Positions 13,874-26,500 are shown, numbered from the stretch's first letter. The stretch is 64,000 nucleotides of DNA from Azolla caroliniana (GCA_043228905.1 JBHGNT010000011.1:7440001-7504000), one strand, 5' to 3'. Notes: generated from the letters alone by a model not told the origin. A program made the numbers and translations.

Positions 13874-13908
13874 AGTACCTTGTACGTCGAATCCACAACT
13901 GACCCTTG

Positions 13909-16629
13909 CTATTCTTCGTCCAAAATGTCCAGAATGCTTTGTTCGAGAGGCTCCAATGGTTCATCTGGAAGTGGTTGTTGTTGTTGTTGCTGTTGCTGCT
14001 CTGTTGCTGCTCTACTGCGGCGGGTCCATTGGTGGTTGCTGCGGTTGCTCCTCCGTTTATGGCTCTGACACCGGCGTCTCCGTTGTTGCTCCCTACGTCG
14101 TAGTGGTCTCCGGTTGACTGGTTCTCGGCAGGCCCTCAGCCGGTGACGGTTCCTCATCACTAAGGTTAACCGTTGTCGCTTCCCGTACCCGGGACCGCTC
14201 GTAGCTTTCAAACTGGATTTGAGCGTCCAACCTATCATCGTCCACCTGAGCTACGAACTGCCTGACCTGCGCCAGCTGTTCATCTGCCAGGACTTGGAAG
14301 TCGTCGGCCAGCTCGTCCCGTATGGCGGTGAAGTCCTCGGAAGTCAACGTATAACAGTCATCTCCTTCCTTCCGCCGGTTTGCCACATCCGCCCGTAGCA
14401 ACTGGAGTTCCGCCGCGTTTTGTGCCCACTTTGTCCACCATTTTACGGAGCTTTCATCAATCAAGTGTTTCGTCTGATTCAGCCATGCCCGGAGGATGGA
14501 CTGAATCCGGCTCGTTCCCAATTGCGATTTGGTTTCCGCCGCATGCCGTTCCTCGTTCAGTTGTTTGATGATTTTGACGTTGTCCTCCGCCTGCGCCTTG
14601 TAATGCGTCAATTGCCTTTGATATGTACTTTGTAATTTCTGCAATACTGTTGACGCTCTCTCTTTGTCTTCCGGCTGCTGCCTCTGGAGCTCCATCCGGA
14701 CCTTCTCCGCCTTTTCCAAGCGTCTTGTATTTTCCGCCCGTTCGTCGGCGATCGCCGTCGTGGCCCGATCAACTGCTTGCTGGAGCTTGGCCATCCGTTC
14801 TTTATGCTCAGTTTCCAGCCGTTTGTAGTCCCGGGGTAGGTGCTCAAAATCATCCGTCTTTTGCTTGAGTCATGCGTTGATCTGACGACGGGCCCGGTCC
14901 TCGCGGTCCTTCTGCTGGCGGAGCTCTTCCTTTAGTCGTTCAATCTTTGTTTCCGCCGTTTTCCGCAGCTTGTCCTTTTCCTACAACACTTTGTCTTTCT
15001 CCTCCTTTAGCAGGTCGTACGCTTGATGGCCTTTCCGGAGGCTCTCCTCTGCCCGGCGAAGGTTCTCAGCAGTCTTCTTTAATTCGGCTTCGGCCGCCGT
15101 CTTCAATTCTCGTTCACGGCTCCTTAGCGCTTCTTGTGCGGCAAGTTCCTCTCTCTATTCCGCAAGCTCCCGAGCTTGCGCCGCATCTCTTGCCGGAACG
15201 GTTTCCGTTGCCGGGGTCTTATTGCTATATACAGGTCGTTCCGTTTCTTTATTCTGTACACTTACCGGAATCACCGGTGATTGGATCCGTATTTTGGCCA
15301 TCTCTGTCGTGACCTGATCCAAATCTTTTTCAAGGCACCGGATTCTGGACCGGGCCATCTCTAGTTGTTCGGTTGTGACGAGCAACCGTTCGCTTTGCGC
15401 TCTTTCTTCCGCCTCTATATACCCCACTGCTCCGGCTATCTGTTCGCCTATCCACCGGAGCCACAGGCTACCGGTGCCTTGTTGTGCTTGCACGGAGGTT
15501 TGATAGATGGGCTCACTTGTAGAGGGGTGGTCCCGCCTGGTCGCGCCGAGTTGCAGTTCCGTTTCTGCCCGTGGACCATCCTGCTGTCCTGGTTCCCCTT
15601 GCGCTTCTTCTTGGCTGACCGAGGGAGGCTGCAGTGACCTTTCCGGCTCTGGCGGGATGGGGCTTGCCGGTGTTGCTAGTGGTGCCGGGGCTTCTGTTTC
15701 CGGTGCCATCTGCACTGGTTCCGGTTCCTTCCTTGGCGTGGGAGTCTCAGTATGGGGAGCCGGTGTTCCCTCCGTCTGAGGGTCCGAACGTTTCCCGGTT
15801 GTCTCAACGGTCCTTGCCGACGACCGTCGCTGGAGGTGCTCCGTAGGCTCCTCCTCTATTTCCTCCTCCTGAGCTCCGGCATTGAGTTTTGCCGCCAAGG
15901 GGTCCACTTCTCGATTCACCGGTCGGCGGAGTGTGACCTTTACGGGCCGTGCCAGTGGTTCCTCCTGCGCCTCCGTTGGGCGCTTCCGGCTTCCGCTTCT
16001 TGTTGCCGCCTGTTCTGCATCCATCGCCTTTCCCTTACTGGCCTTAGAAGCCAACAACTGTTGCCGTTTGGAAGCCGTCCTTGGGGTGCCGTCCGACACT
16101 CTTCCTCGCTTCTTGGGCTGGACGGTCTGAACGGGTGGCACCAGCAAGGTGAGCCACTGCGTTACGGCGTGCCATATCCTTCGTCCGTCTCGGCCTTCTT
16201 TGCCGTCTTTGCCTCTGACGATCTCAATGGCCGCACACAACCCGTCTGCAATCAATACCGGCCAATCCACCTTGATCCCTTCATAGGTGGCAATGATCAT
16301 CCCTGCCCGGTTCTGCGGCAAGACAGGGGGTCTAGGGTACACGTGGCCGTATTCATGGAGCACACGAGCAATTTCGCGGAACAACATATCTCCGCCGCCC
16401 TGTGTCCGGTAGCCCTTGCTGGCTAGAGAGTACTCACCAAAATACCTGATGAGTTGCTCCGGGGTTGGATTGTCGATCGTGAGTATGCCTCCCTCCGGGG
16501 TCCATCTCTGTGTCGGGGTCGGATTGCGGTGGCGAGGATGGATGGTGATGAGAGTGGGGTTGAGAAAGAGAGAGTTAAGAAGGCGGGGGTTCTCTGTGCG
16601 CAGGTTCTCGTCTGATGATCTTGTAGCAT
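13909..16629 (-). pseudogene. Extra 3' ORF region of Gypsy-2 (N-terminal domain, Pro/Glu linker, long coiled coil), fragmented
   Basis: ORFs 15155-16387, 14093-14794 and 13909-14238 lie between INT and the 3' LTR, in sense orientation. Confidence 0.7.
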
Positions 16630-16767
16630 TTCGGTGCTTCTGTGCTCCTGGGTTCGCGAAAGTAGAGGGTCTCTACGCGCAATGGTTTTTGTTTGTGCAT
16701 TCTGGCGCCTTTTTCAAGTTTGTGCATGTCGCGTACTTAAAATAGCATTATGTCCTGTGGTGGCGCT

Positions 16768-19700
16768 TTAAATGCCCACTACGTACCTTTTCGCTCCACG
16801 CTCTTTCCTCCATTCATTCCTCGCTTTTGCATGATTGTTTTTTTTTTTTTCAGTTATTATTATTCTTAGTGTGACGTCACATGGCCGTTGGTCCTCCCGG
16901 ACCCTTACGGCCTCATTCTCTCCGGTTCCCGACTTGCCGTCTCTGCCGTCTTGGTGGTTGCCGTCGGTCCTTTGCTCAAATGGGTTCTTAGGCATCGGTC
17001 CTCTATATGCCTTTAACCGGAATCCGTTGACCCATTTGCCCAACACTTCGCCAGCAAGTGTCCCCAACTGGTAAGACCCATTATACTCCCGTGTTAGCCA
17101 ATATGGTCCGGTCCATCTAAACCTTAGTTTAACCGGCATCTTGCCCATCCGGGTTTGGAATACTAACACTGGTTTGCCGATTGCGAACATTTTTTCGTTA
17201 CCTTTCCTGTGCCGGTCGACGAATGCTTTCCATCGCCGTTGCTCCAATTCTAAATGTAGGATGCTGGCCAACCGTTGTTCCTCCAGCTCACACAACGCTG
17301 TCAACCTTATTGTCTCCGACTCCTTCTCGTTCAGCCGTTCTCGTAGCTGGATCCGTAAGCTAGGTACTTGAAATTCTACCGGCATGACCGCCTCGAGTCC
17401 GAACGCCAACTGGAACAGTGTTGTTCGGATGCTCATTTTGTATGTCGTCCGGTATGCCCAAAGCGCGCTATGTAGCTTTGTGTCCCAATCCGTCCGGTTC
17501 TCGTTGACGATCTTCCGAAGGATGTTCTGGAGCGTCTTGTTTGTTGATTCCGCTAATCCGTTCGCCTGTGGATAGTAAGGTGTGCTTCGTTTGTGGACCA
17601 CGGCATAGAAGGTCGTTAGGCTTTCCACTACTTGTCCGAGAAAGTGCCCCCCTTGGTCACTTATCAATTCAATGGGGCATCCATAATGGCACCAGATGTA
17701 CTCATATAGGAACTTTGCCATTGACGCAACGGTGTTATCCCGTAAAGCTTCGTGCAGTAATCCGTAGCGACGATAACGTACCGATTACCCGTTCTCATTG
17801 CCGGTGGCTTGAACGGTTCTACAAAGTCCAGCCCCCACTTTTGGAATGGCTCGAGTGGTAGTACCGGCTGGTGTGGCATACGAGCCTGCTCCGTTGGCTG
17901 GCCCATTCTCTGGCATAGGTCACATTCTTTTGCGTACCGTACCGCATCTCTTAATGTCGTTGGCCACCATAGGCCACTTTGCCATATTTTTCTGGCCGTC
18001 GCATCTCCGGCATAGTGACCTCCGGCAACTCCGCAGTGGGCTTCTCTCAGTATCAGTTCCTTTTCATCGCTGTGCACCGCCCGTCTCCATATGCCGTCAG
18101 CGCCCTTGTGGTACAGTGTGTCTTGCAGTAAGCAGAAATGTCGGCTTTGTACCGCCAGGCGTTTCCGTTCGTCCCGGTTCAGCTCTTCTGGAGGCAGTCC
18201 TGTGCTCAGAAACTGGTGCATATTTGTGAGCCACTTGTCTTCCTGGGCCATTGTCTCATCTGCTGCCGTCTCCATAGTGACTCGAAACAGCTCCGCATCC
18301 GGAAACTCATCCACTACTCCGTCACCCGTCTCTCCGGACTCCAATCGGCTTAAGTAATCCGCTACGACATGCTGTATACCGGGTCGGTGGAATATTTCAA
18401 ACTCGAACTCCTGTAACAATAAGGTCCACCGGGCCAATTTGCTGGTGAGTGACGCCTTGGACACCAGGTAAAGGAGTGTCGAATGATCTACATGGAAGGA
18501 AAACTTCCTTCCCGATAAATAGTGCCGAAACTTTGTCACACTGTAGATCATTCCTAGAGCTTCCCGTTCCGTAGTAGAGTAGTTCCGTTCTGCTTGGGAT
18601 AGCTTCCGGCTAGCATAGTACACTGGCCGGTACCACTTTGGTTCCATAAGCTGCATCAGTACGCTTCCGATTGCGATGTCGGAGGCGTCCACGAACACGT
18701 GAAATTCTTTACTCCAATCTGGAGGTTGTACTACCAGTGCCTGCGACAATAGTACCTTGAGGGCCTTATACGTCCTATCCTCAGTATCGGTCCACTGGAA
18801 TGGTGTCCGATGTACGGCGGCATGCAACGGTGTAGCCAGGTCGGGCAAGTATCGGAGCATCTGGCTGTGCCACCGGATCTGGCCTAAGAACCGGCTTAAT
18901 GCCTTTGCCGTTGCCGGCGCCGGTGCTTCTAATATGGCTTTCACTTTGTCCGGGTCGACTACAATACCTTCCTGGCTCACGATATGTCCTAATAAAGTTC
19001 CAATGGACACGCCAAATACACACTTTGCCGGATTCAAGCTTAGCCAGTACGCTCTACACTTTTCTAGATAAAGACGGAGGTGCTGAAAATGGTCCTCCTC
19101 CCGGCTATAGACGGCGAAATCGTCAAGGAAAACCTGCATAAAAGCCGGTATATATTCACCAAAGATTTCCATGATGATTCGTTGAAACGTTGCCGGTGCC
19201 GTTTTGAGTCCGAACATCATCACCACGGCCACAAACCCCATTCGGTGACGAATGCCGTTTTCTCTTGGTCATCGGGGTGCATCCGGATCTGATTATACCT
19301 GCTGAATCCGTCTAGGAAGCTATAGACCTCGTGGCCGGCGACGGCATCCAACACTCCATCTATGAACGGAAGTGGAAACGCATCCGTTACCGTAGCCGCA
19401 TTGAGTTTCCGGTAGTCCACGCAAACTCGAATTTTTCCGTTCTTCTTCGGTACGACTACGATCGGGCTCAGCCATGTCGCTTTCTTTACCGAACGGATAA
19501 AGCCAACTCTTAGCAGTTTGTCGATTTCTTCCTTGACCTTGGCAGCATAATTGGGATTCATCCGGTACCGTCTTTGTGCCACTGGTTTTGCGTCCTTGCT
19601 CAAGTGCACTTGATGCTGGTATAACTGAGGGTCGAGTCCTCGCATGTCTTCGTATGACCAGGCGAATACGTCGCGAAATTCCGTGAGAAGTGTTATCATC

Positions 19701-22629
19701 GCCGTTTTGTCTCCGGACTTAATCTCCTTGGCGATGTGCACCGGTTTTGCTTTGTCCGTGGTGCCTAAATTCACCTCTTCCAGTTGCGATGCTTTTACGC
19801 GCTGTGAAACGGCCATTTCCCGTTCCAACGCTTCCTGCGCTTGCCGTAACTCCCGGATTGCGTCTTTATCCGATTCTGCTTCCGCCTCTTCCGGTTGCGG
19901 TAAGTACGGTGCTATGGCTTCGGCAATGTCAATTTCGAAGAGGGGTATGATCTTCGGGTTTTCCTGCAGGTATTGAGCTTCTTCTTCGTCCGCTAACCCT
20001 TCGAGCATGTTGATGCATTCCGCATACCCGGTGTACATTCCTTGCCAGTGCTCGTTCTTGGCTGTGTTGGTACCCGTACCTTGGCTTTTCCTCGCCGGAA
20101 GGTAATTATATTTTTTCGCCAATTCTGTTTGATATGTGCCATTTTCAACCATGGCCGCCCCAGCAATAGCGGGTATGCGCCTTGTGCCTGTAATTGTAGC
20201 ACTACGGCCGAGATGTGAAATGTTTTCCCGCCAACGGTGACTTCTAATTTCCGTATGAATCCTGTCGGCCGCACTGAGCTTGTATTGGCCATCCGCAACT
20301 AGAATGGACATGGCTCCCACTCGTGGATTCCTAGGTCGTCACACGTTCGGAGGCTTATTACATTTACCCCAGAGCCTCCGTCTATAACTGTGCCGGGGAG
20401 TTCTTTCCCTTTTACAATGGCAGTGATTACCGGACTGTTGGTGTCTACCACTGTTGGTCCCTCCTCCGGATTCGAGAAGAGTACTGGTGCTGGTGATGGT
20501 TCTCCTGCCGTCATGGCCGTCTTCAGTCCTTCCGTGAATCTAGGCACGAGTTGTAGGAGTCTTCCTAGTGGTAACGTAATCTGGCATTCTTGCAACGCCT
20601 GCCATGTCTCGTTCTCGGAGTGACTACCGCCGGCAAGCCCTGCGGTGTTCTCCTTTTGCTGCTGTAAGTCTGTGACATTCTGCTTGTTTGCTTTCTTTAC
20701 CCATTCCGTTGCTTGTTTGCAGATGGTCTCCTGTGTCTCCCATTCTTTGGCCATGCCCTTCGACCTTGTGGTCACCTGCTGCAGGTCTGCCACCTCAGGG
20801 ACTACCATATTTACCGCCGGTCGTTTTTCATAGCTCTTCACCGGGCATTGGTTACTATAATGGCCTTCCTGTCGGCAGTAGTAGCAGTAGGCTTTCCGGG
20901 CATTGCTAGATTCGGCATTGTCTGTTGTACCTGGGGCCGGTCCTACGGTACGCGCGGGGTTTTGTACCGGTTGGTTACTTGGAGCGCCTTGTTCCGGATC
21001 CCGGGGGTAGCCGCCTTTTTTAAAATGCCGTTTTTTGTTAAAGCTCTTCTTATTATGGTACTCTTGACGGGGTTGCCCATTATATCTGCCGTATTCCTCC
21101 CGTTGCTGACGATACCCGGGGGAGTGCTCCCGGTCGTATTGTTCGTATCGTTTATTGTAATCCTGGTACCGATCTTGCTGGTCATAGTTATCTCGCCGAT
21201 CACCGTACCGGACATCATTTTCCCGTCGCTCGCCATACCGAACATCCTGTGCCGGTCGGTCACGGTCCATTCGCCGCCAACGTTCGTCTTCTTCATCCCG
21301 GTTGCTGCGTGGCTCAATTTGTCGGACGGGCGGTGCTTGCCGAGTCAACAGATTATACTTGCACCTGTCCGTCGTATGGCTCTTGGATTGACAGATTACA
21401 CATTGCGTCCTCATAGTGCATTCTAGAGCCGAGTGTCCGGAATTCAAGCAGGTTGTGCACTGTATTATTTGCCGAAACTGGAGGTCTTCATCGGACGGTA
21501 ACGCCCGTTGAAGTGCGCCCAGTGTGAGCCAGGAGCTTGTCTTTTCCATCTCTTTCACCCGGTCAATGACCTGGTCGATGGTACTTGTGCGGAAATCGAT
21601 TACCGTGCAAACCGTGCGTAGGGGTTCCCGGAGCGCGTTTAGGAATATCGTCCGTAATTCCTCCTCCGGGGGTGCACCGGCAAGCTGACTATGCATCCGT
21701 TGAAACCGGATGACAAATTGGGGAATGCTCTCCCCTGCCTCTTGCCGGATGGTATAAAATAAGCCTACCATTACGGTCTGGTCCACCTCCTTTTGAAAAA
21801 AATGCATGAATTTAGCTTTTAAATCTGCAAAGGTGTTGATGGTAGACGGGTCCTGCGTCCGACGCCATCTTGCTGCCGGTCCCTCCAATGTGACGCCAAA
21901 CTCTGCTATCTTAGAGCGTTCTTCTTCCTCCGGTGTCAGTCGCTGGGACACATGGTTGGCTTCCCATGTCTGTTCAAAGGCGTGCACATGAGCTTCCGCG
22001 TCCGGATCATCTCTATACTTGGAGTACTGGAACGGCATGTCGTCGTTCCGTATCGGTGCGCGCGCTGGTAGTGTTGGTGCCCGTTCCGGAATTTTCTCCG
22101 GTGTCGGTGGTCTTTCCCGATTTGATTCCGGTGTTGGTTGTTTCTCTTCCTTTGGTGACGGAGGCCTCTCCTCTTCGACTTCCGGTGTCGGAGGTCGTTC
22201 TTCTTCTGCTGGTTCCGGGGGTTCCAGTGTTAGCACTTCCGGTTCCGGTTCTGGTGTCGGTAAGGTATCCGATCCTTCGTTCTCCGGTCCGCCCGGGGTT
22301 TCGTTACTGCTACGGTAGTTCGTGTGCACGTTGTATTCCCCTTCGGAGTCCGATTCATATGCTGAAAAGGCCTCTGCTTCGCCTTCTCCGTTTGCCAACG
22401 CGTGGAGAAGGGATTCGGTTTCCCGGAGGCTGCTTAGGCTGCTGCCATCGTCCGGGTGCGATGTTTGCTGTAACCAAAGGGAGTCCTCCGCTACTCTCCG
22501 GATTACGTTGGAAAACGAGCGATCCGCTCTAATTTCCTGCGCCGCTTGCTGGAAAGCCTCGCGTCTCCTTTGCCTTTCGGCAAGGTGTCGAGTTCGATCT
22601 GTAACCAGGTCGTGCATTGATCTAGACAT
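16768..22629 (-). pseudogene. Gypsy-2 gag-pol with a few stops and frameshifts
   Basis: ORFs 20299-22716 (gag, CCHC knuckles, VIDGGSG), 19220-20320, 17664-19241 (FLDDF, VDASD, zinc finger), 16768-17721 (SDQG, NGLAE, GPY). Confidence 0.93.
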
Positions 22630-22665
22630 CCATCCGTGCCGTCGTTCGCTGCAAAAACAGGAATC

Positions 22666-22675
22666 GTGGTCGCCA
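22666..22675 (-). promoter_or_regulatory. Primer binding site TGGCGACCAC
   Basis: Just inside the 5' LTR; shared with Gypsy-1. Confidence 0.7.
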
Positions 22676-22682
22676 AAAACTG

Positions 22683-23116
22683 TGTTAACTCTTCGGGCCG
22701 GACAATGGCCTAACACAGGGTGTCCACGGGAGACACTTCACCAAAGGGTGTTACGGCAACCGGATTAGACTTCAACGCTTAATCCGACTTAGTTAAGTTA
22801 CTTATTAGGATCGTCTTTCATAACACGCGTAAGATATAACAATTAAGACAGAACGGCAATTAACACAGAGAGATAACAACGCTTAAGCTTTCATTAATTA
22901 ACCGCTCACTATTACATTGTATCCGAGCCTTTAAATAGGTTTCCGGTCTGTATTACAAAACGGTGCCATCCGCACCTGTTCGGGATTGGTCCGGATCCGG
23001 AACTGCATACCGTCTCCTGTCCGTCCGTCCACACTCATAGCTTAATTACAACCACATTCCTACTACTTAATTAGCTCTCCGTTTCCCACTCTGGACTCCT
23101 TTGCCGGCCGGTAACA
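22683..23116 (-). repeat. 5' LTR of Gypsy-2
   Basis: TGTTA...TAACA, direct repeat of 13421-13854. Confidence 0.95.
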
Positions 23117-23121
23117 CATAT

Positions 23122-23388
23122 CATTCATTCCTCATAAGGGGTTAAATAGGTACAAAGGGTTAGATACACAAGGGTGCAAGCCCCTTGGGCATTCACACCT
23201 AACCACTCACTCACACCTCTTTGTATCCACCACACTCACACTTACATTCACACTCATAATCGTATAACATTACACATACATATCAACACATTACATCTTT
23301 CACCCTCACTTATCACAGTTATCAATCACTCGTACATCTCATACGGTAACACAATATGGCACGCCCGTGGGAGAGTGCCTTGCACGTT
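23122..23388 (-). repeat. Family X LTR, right half (to about 23356), plus about 32 bp of adjacent internal sequence with the tRNA-like site
   Basis: Homologous to 3915-4090; followed by TGGCACGCCCGTGGGAGAGTGCCTTGCACGT. Confidence 0.72.
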
Positions 23389-23523
23389 AAACAAGTCCAA
23401 TATTCAGTCATCTTCATTCGAAAACATCTCCACAAGGCGCATCATTAAACGTTGGGGCTTTTGGTAGGGATTCACAAACCCGTGCTCAGTCGTGGTCACA
23501 TGTCGAAGCTTCCATGTCACGGC
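23389..23523 (-). pseudogene. C-terminal piece of DNA methyltransferase gene (motif X to start of motif I)
   Basis: Translates VTWKLRHVTTTEHGFVNPYQKPQRLMMRLVEMFSNEDD*ILDLF, in frame with 29035-29187 once the Copia and one TSD are removed. Confidence 0.8.
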
Positions 23524-26500
23524 TGTTGAGAAGCAAGCTCAACATGGTATGTGATGCTTATGAGAAATAAGCTATAGTAGCTATTTAGCTACTAGTGAAC
23601 AAAAAGGTAAAACAGCTATTTAGCTATGGACAGCTAATTAGCGACTGAACAACTATTTAGCTAGTGACAGCTAATTAGCTAGTGAACAACTATTTAGCGA
23701 CTGACAGCTAATTAGCTACTGGCAGCTAATTAGCTGCATGTGTAATAACTTATGACTTAGGTAAAAGTAAGTGAGAGTGAATAGGAAGTAAGTAGTAAGG
23801 AAAAACAGAGAATAGTGAGTAGAGAACTCTGAGAGAGAGTGAGAGACCAGAAGACTGACGAGAGCAAGTTGAGCTCTACATGTAATAGAAGAAAACCATT
23901 TTGCTACTACAGAGGTAAGTCCCCTTTCCTTTCTCTGTCTGTTTAGAGCACGCTAACGATCCAGCACACTACGATCCGCCGCGCACATAAGAAGAGCCCG
24001 AGTGCCTTCTTCACGTTTTCTTAACATGGTATCAGAGCAGAGTTGCTCATAAAGAAGAGTACAAAAGTGCATAGATCTGAGAAAGGTATTTCTCTGTTTG
24101 CTGATCTGAATCAGAAAGTTACTTGTTGAAGTAATTGTAACAGAAAACCTAGTTTGGAAGAGATAATGGCTGCAGAGAATGCGGGCCAAATAGTTACAGA
24201 GAAACTAGATAAAAACAATTTCCCGGCGTGGAAATTTAGAATGACAAATTTCCTAATGGGGAAAGGATACTGGGATTACATTGAAGGAGACCTAGAAGAG
24301 GCTCCGGAGATCCTAGAAGAAAATGCCACAGCAGCACAGATTAAAGCATTGAAAGATTGGAATCAAGGGGCAAGGAAGGTAATGCATTGGCTCTCACTTA
24401 GCATCTCAGATTCGATGCTTGGGCACATACAGGATGCTATGCTCCCAAAAGAAGCTTGGGACAGTTTGGTAAAACTGTTTGCAGTAAACACAAAAGCTAG
24501 AAAGCTACAGTTGAAGACTGAGCTAAATACCTTAGAAAAAGGTAAGATGTCAATAAATGAGTATGCCCTAAAAATCAAGAGTATATGTGAATCACTTGCT
24601 TCTATCAATGTGAAGATAGAAGATGATGACAAAGTGGAAATATGCTTAAGAGGCTTAGGACCTCAATACAAGAGTTTTAAAACTTCTATGCTCACAAGGG
24701 ATAGTATCCCAAGTTTTTCAGATCTGGTCTCAATGCTTGTGGTAGAGGAAAGGAATCAGATGGATGATGCAAATAAAGGAAACTCAGAGAACGAGGGGCA
24801 AGCCCTCTATAATAATGCCGGAAGAGGCCGAGGAAGAGGCCATGGAAGATTTGGCTCAGGAAGAACCAATAATAATGGCTTTCAAGGAAGAGGACAACAA
24901 GCTCATAGAGGAGGAAACAACAACAGAGGCAGGGGGAGCAACCGAGGTAGAGGTAAGCAAACTTATGTAAATGATGATGGCTGCTGGTATTGTGGTAAAC
25001 CAGGCCATACACAGGCTGAATGTTACAAGAAACAAAATGATGAGAAAAGAGGAAAAGGACAACAGAGTAACTATGCCTCTACTAGTGAAGATTGTGAAAA
25101 GGAAGGTGTTTTTGTAGTGCAACATGAGATAGCAGCAGTGGCTGAAAGCTCACAGAAATGTAATGAAGAGTTTACGTGGTATGTAGACTCGGGGGCATCT
25201 AACCATATGACTGGACATGCAAATTGGTTTGAGAGTTTAAGAGAACCAGAGGTTCCTGGTTATGTACAAACAGGTGATGACACAACTCACCAAATAAAAC
25301 ATGTTGGAGATATCCCATTGTGGGAAGAAAGAGGAAAAACCAAGTATATGTTGGATGTGATGCATGTTCCAAATCTTGCTAAGAATCTGATTTCTGTTGG
25401 ACAGATAGTAGAGCAAGGTATGCAAGTAAAGTTTAAGCCAAGTGGATGCTATATAGAAAAGAATGGGAAGCTCATTGCAAAAGGGAAGAGACAAGGAAGA
25501 ATGTTTATCTTGGATGTAGAAATGCCCAAACAGATTTCAGCCATGTTTGCAAATGGAACGAGTGTAATCTCAGATGTGGAAATGTGGCATAAAAGGATTG
25601 GCCATATAAGTATGCAAACATTAAAGAATATGTTGAGAAAAGATGCAGTGGCTGGACTGCCAAACTTGAAAAAGTGTGAAATGGGAAAAGTATGTGAAGC
25701 ATGTCAATATGGTAAGCAAAACAGGTTGCCATTCCCTCATGAGAGACATGTAAGCAAAAATCTGTTGGATTTGGTACATACAGATGTATGGGGACCAACA
25801 AAGAATGCATCTATTGGTGGATGCAGATTTTATGTTACATTTATTGATGATTGTTCACGGAAGACATGGGTGTACTTCATGAAGGAGAAAAGTGAAGTAT
25901 TTGACTGTTTTCGTAAGTTTAAATGCATGGTAGAAAAGCAGGCTGGTACTAGGATAAAATGTTTGAGATCTGATGGAGGAGGAGAGTATTTCTCCAATGA
26001 ATTTTCTGATTTTTTGTGTAATCAGGGAATAAGAAGACAGTTCACATGCCGATATACTCCACAGCAAAATGGAGTTGCTGAGAGGAAAAACAGAACTTTG
26101 GTGAACATAGCAAGGGCAATGATGACTGAGAAGAACATGCCATTATACTATTGGGCAGAAGCTGTAAATACAGCAAATTACATTTTAAATAGATGTATTA
26201 CATCAGGAGTACATGAGGCAACTCCTGAAGAGTGTTTTTATGGCAGGAAGCCTAGCTTACAACACTTGAAAGTGTTTGGATGCCTTGCATATGTACATGT
26301 GCCTGCAGAAGTAAGAAGTAAGTTGGATCCAAAGGCAGAAAAATGTATCCTTGTTGGATATTCAGAAGAACAAAAAGGGTACAGATGTTATAACCCTGTG
26401 ACTAAAAAGATTGTGACAAGTAGAGATGTGATATTTGATGAGTTGGCTAGTTGGTACAACCCAAAACAGAATCTAGAGACTGATGAAGACTGTCAAAATG

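Larger units (their letters stand above)
13421..23116 (-). mobile_element. Gypsy-2: full-length Athila/non-chromovirus-like element with extra 3' ORF; TSD CATAT
   Basis: 434-bp LTRs (about 11 differences by eye), CATAT at 13416-13420 and 23117-23121, order gag-PR-RT-RH-INT. Confidence 0.96.

Noticed and set aside
20299-22716. Shared N-terminus MLGHCPARRVN in ORFs 20299-22716 and 12855-13454 suggesting a LINE-Gypsy fusion protein
   Set aside because: Both simply begin at a non-ATG codon in the LTR copies; positional artefact
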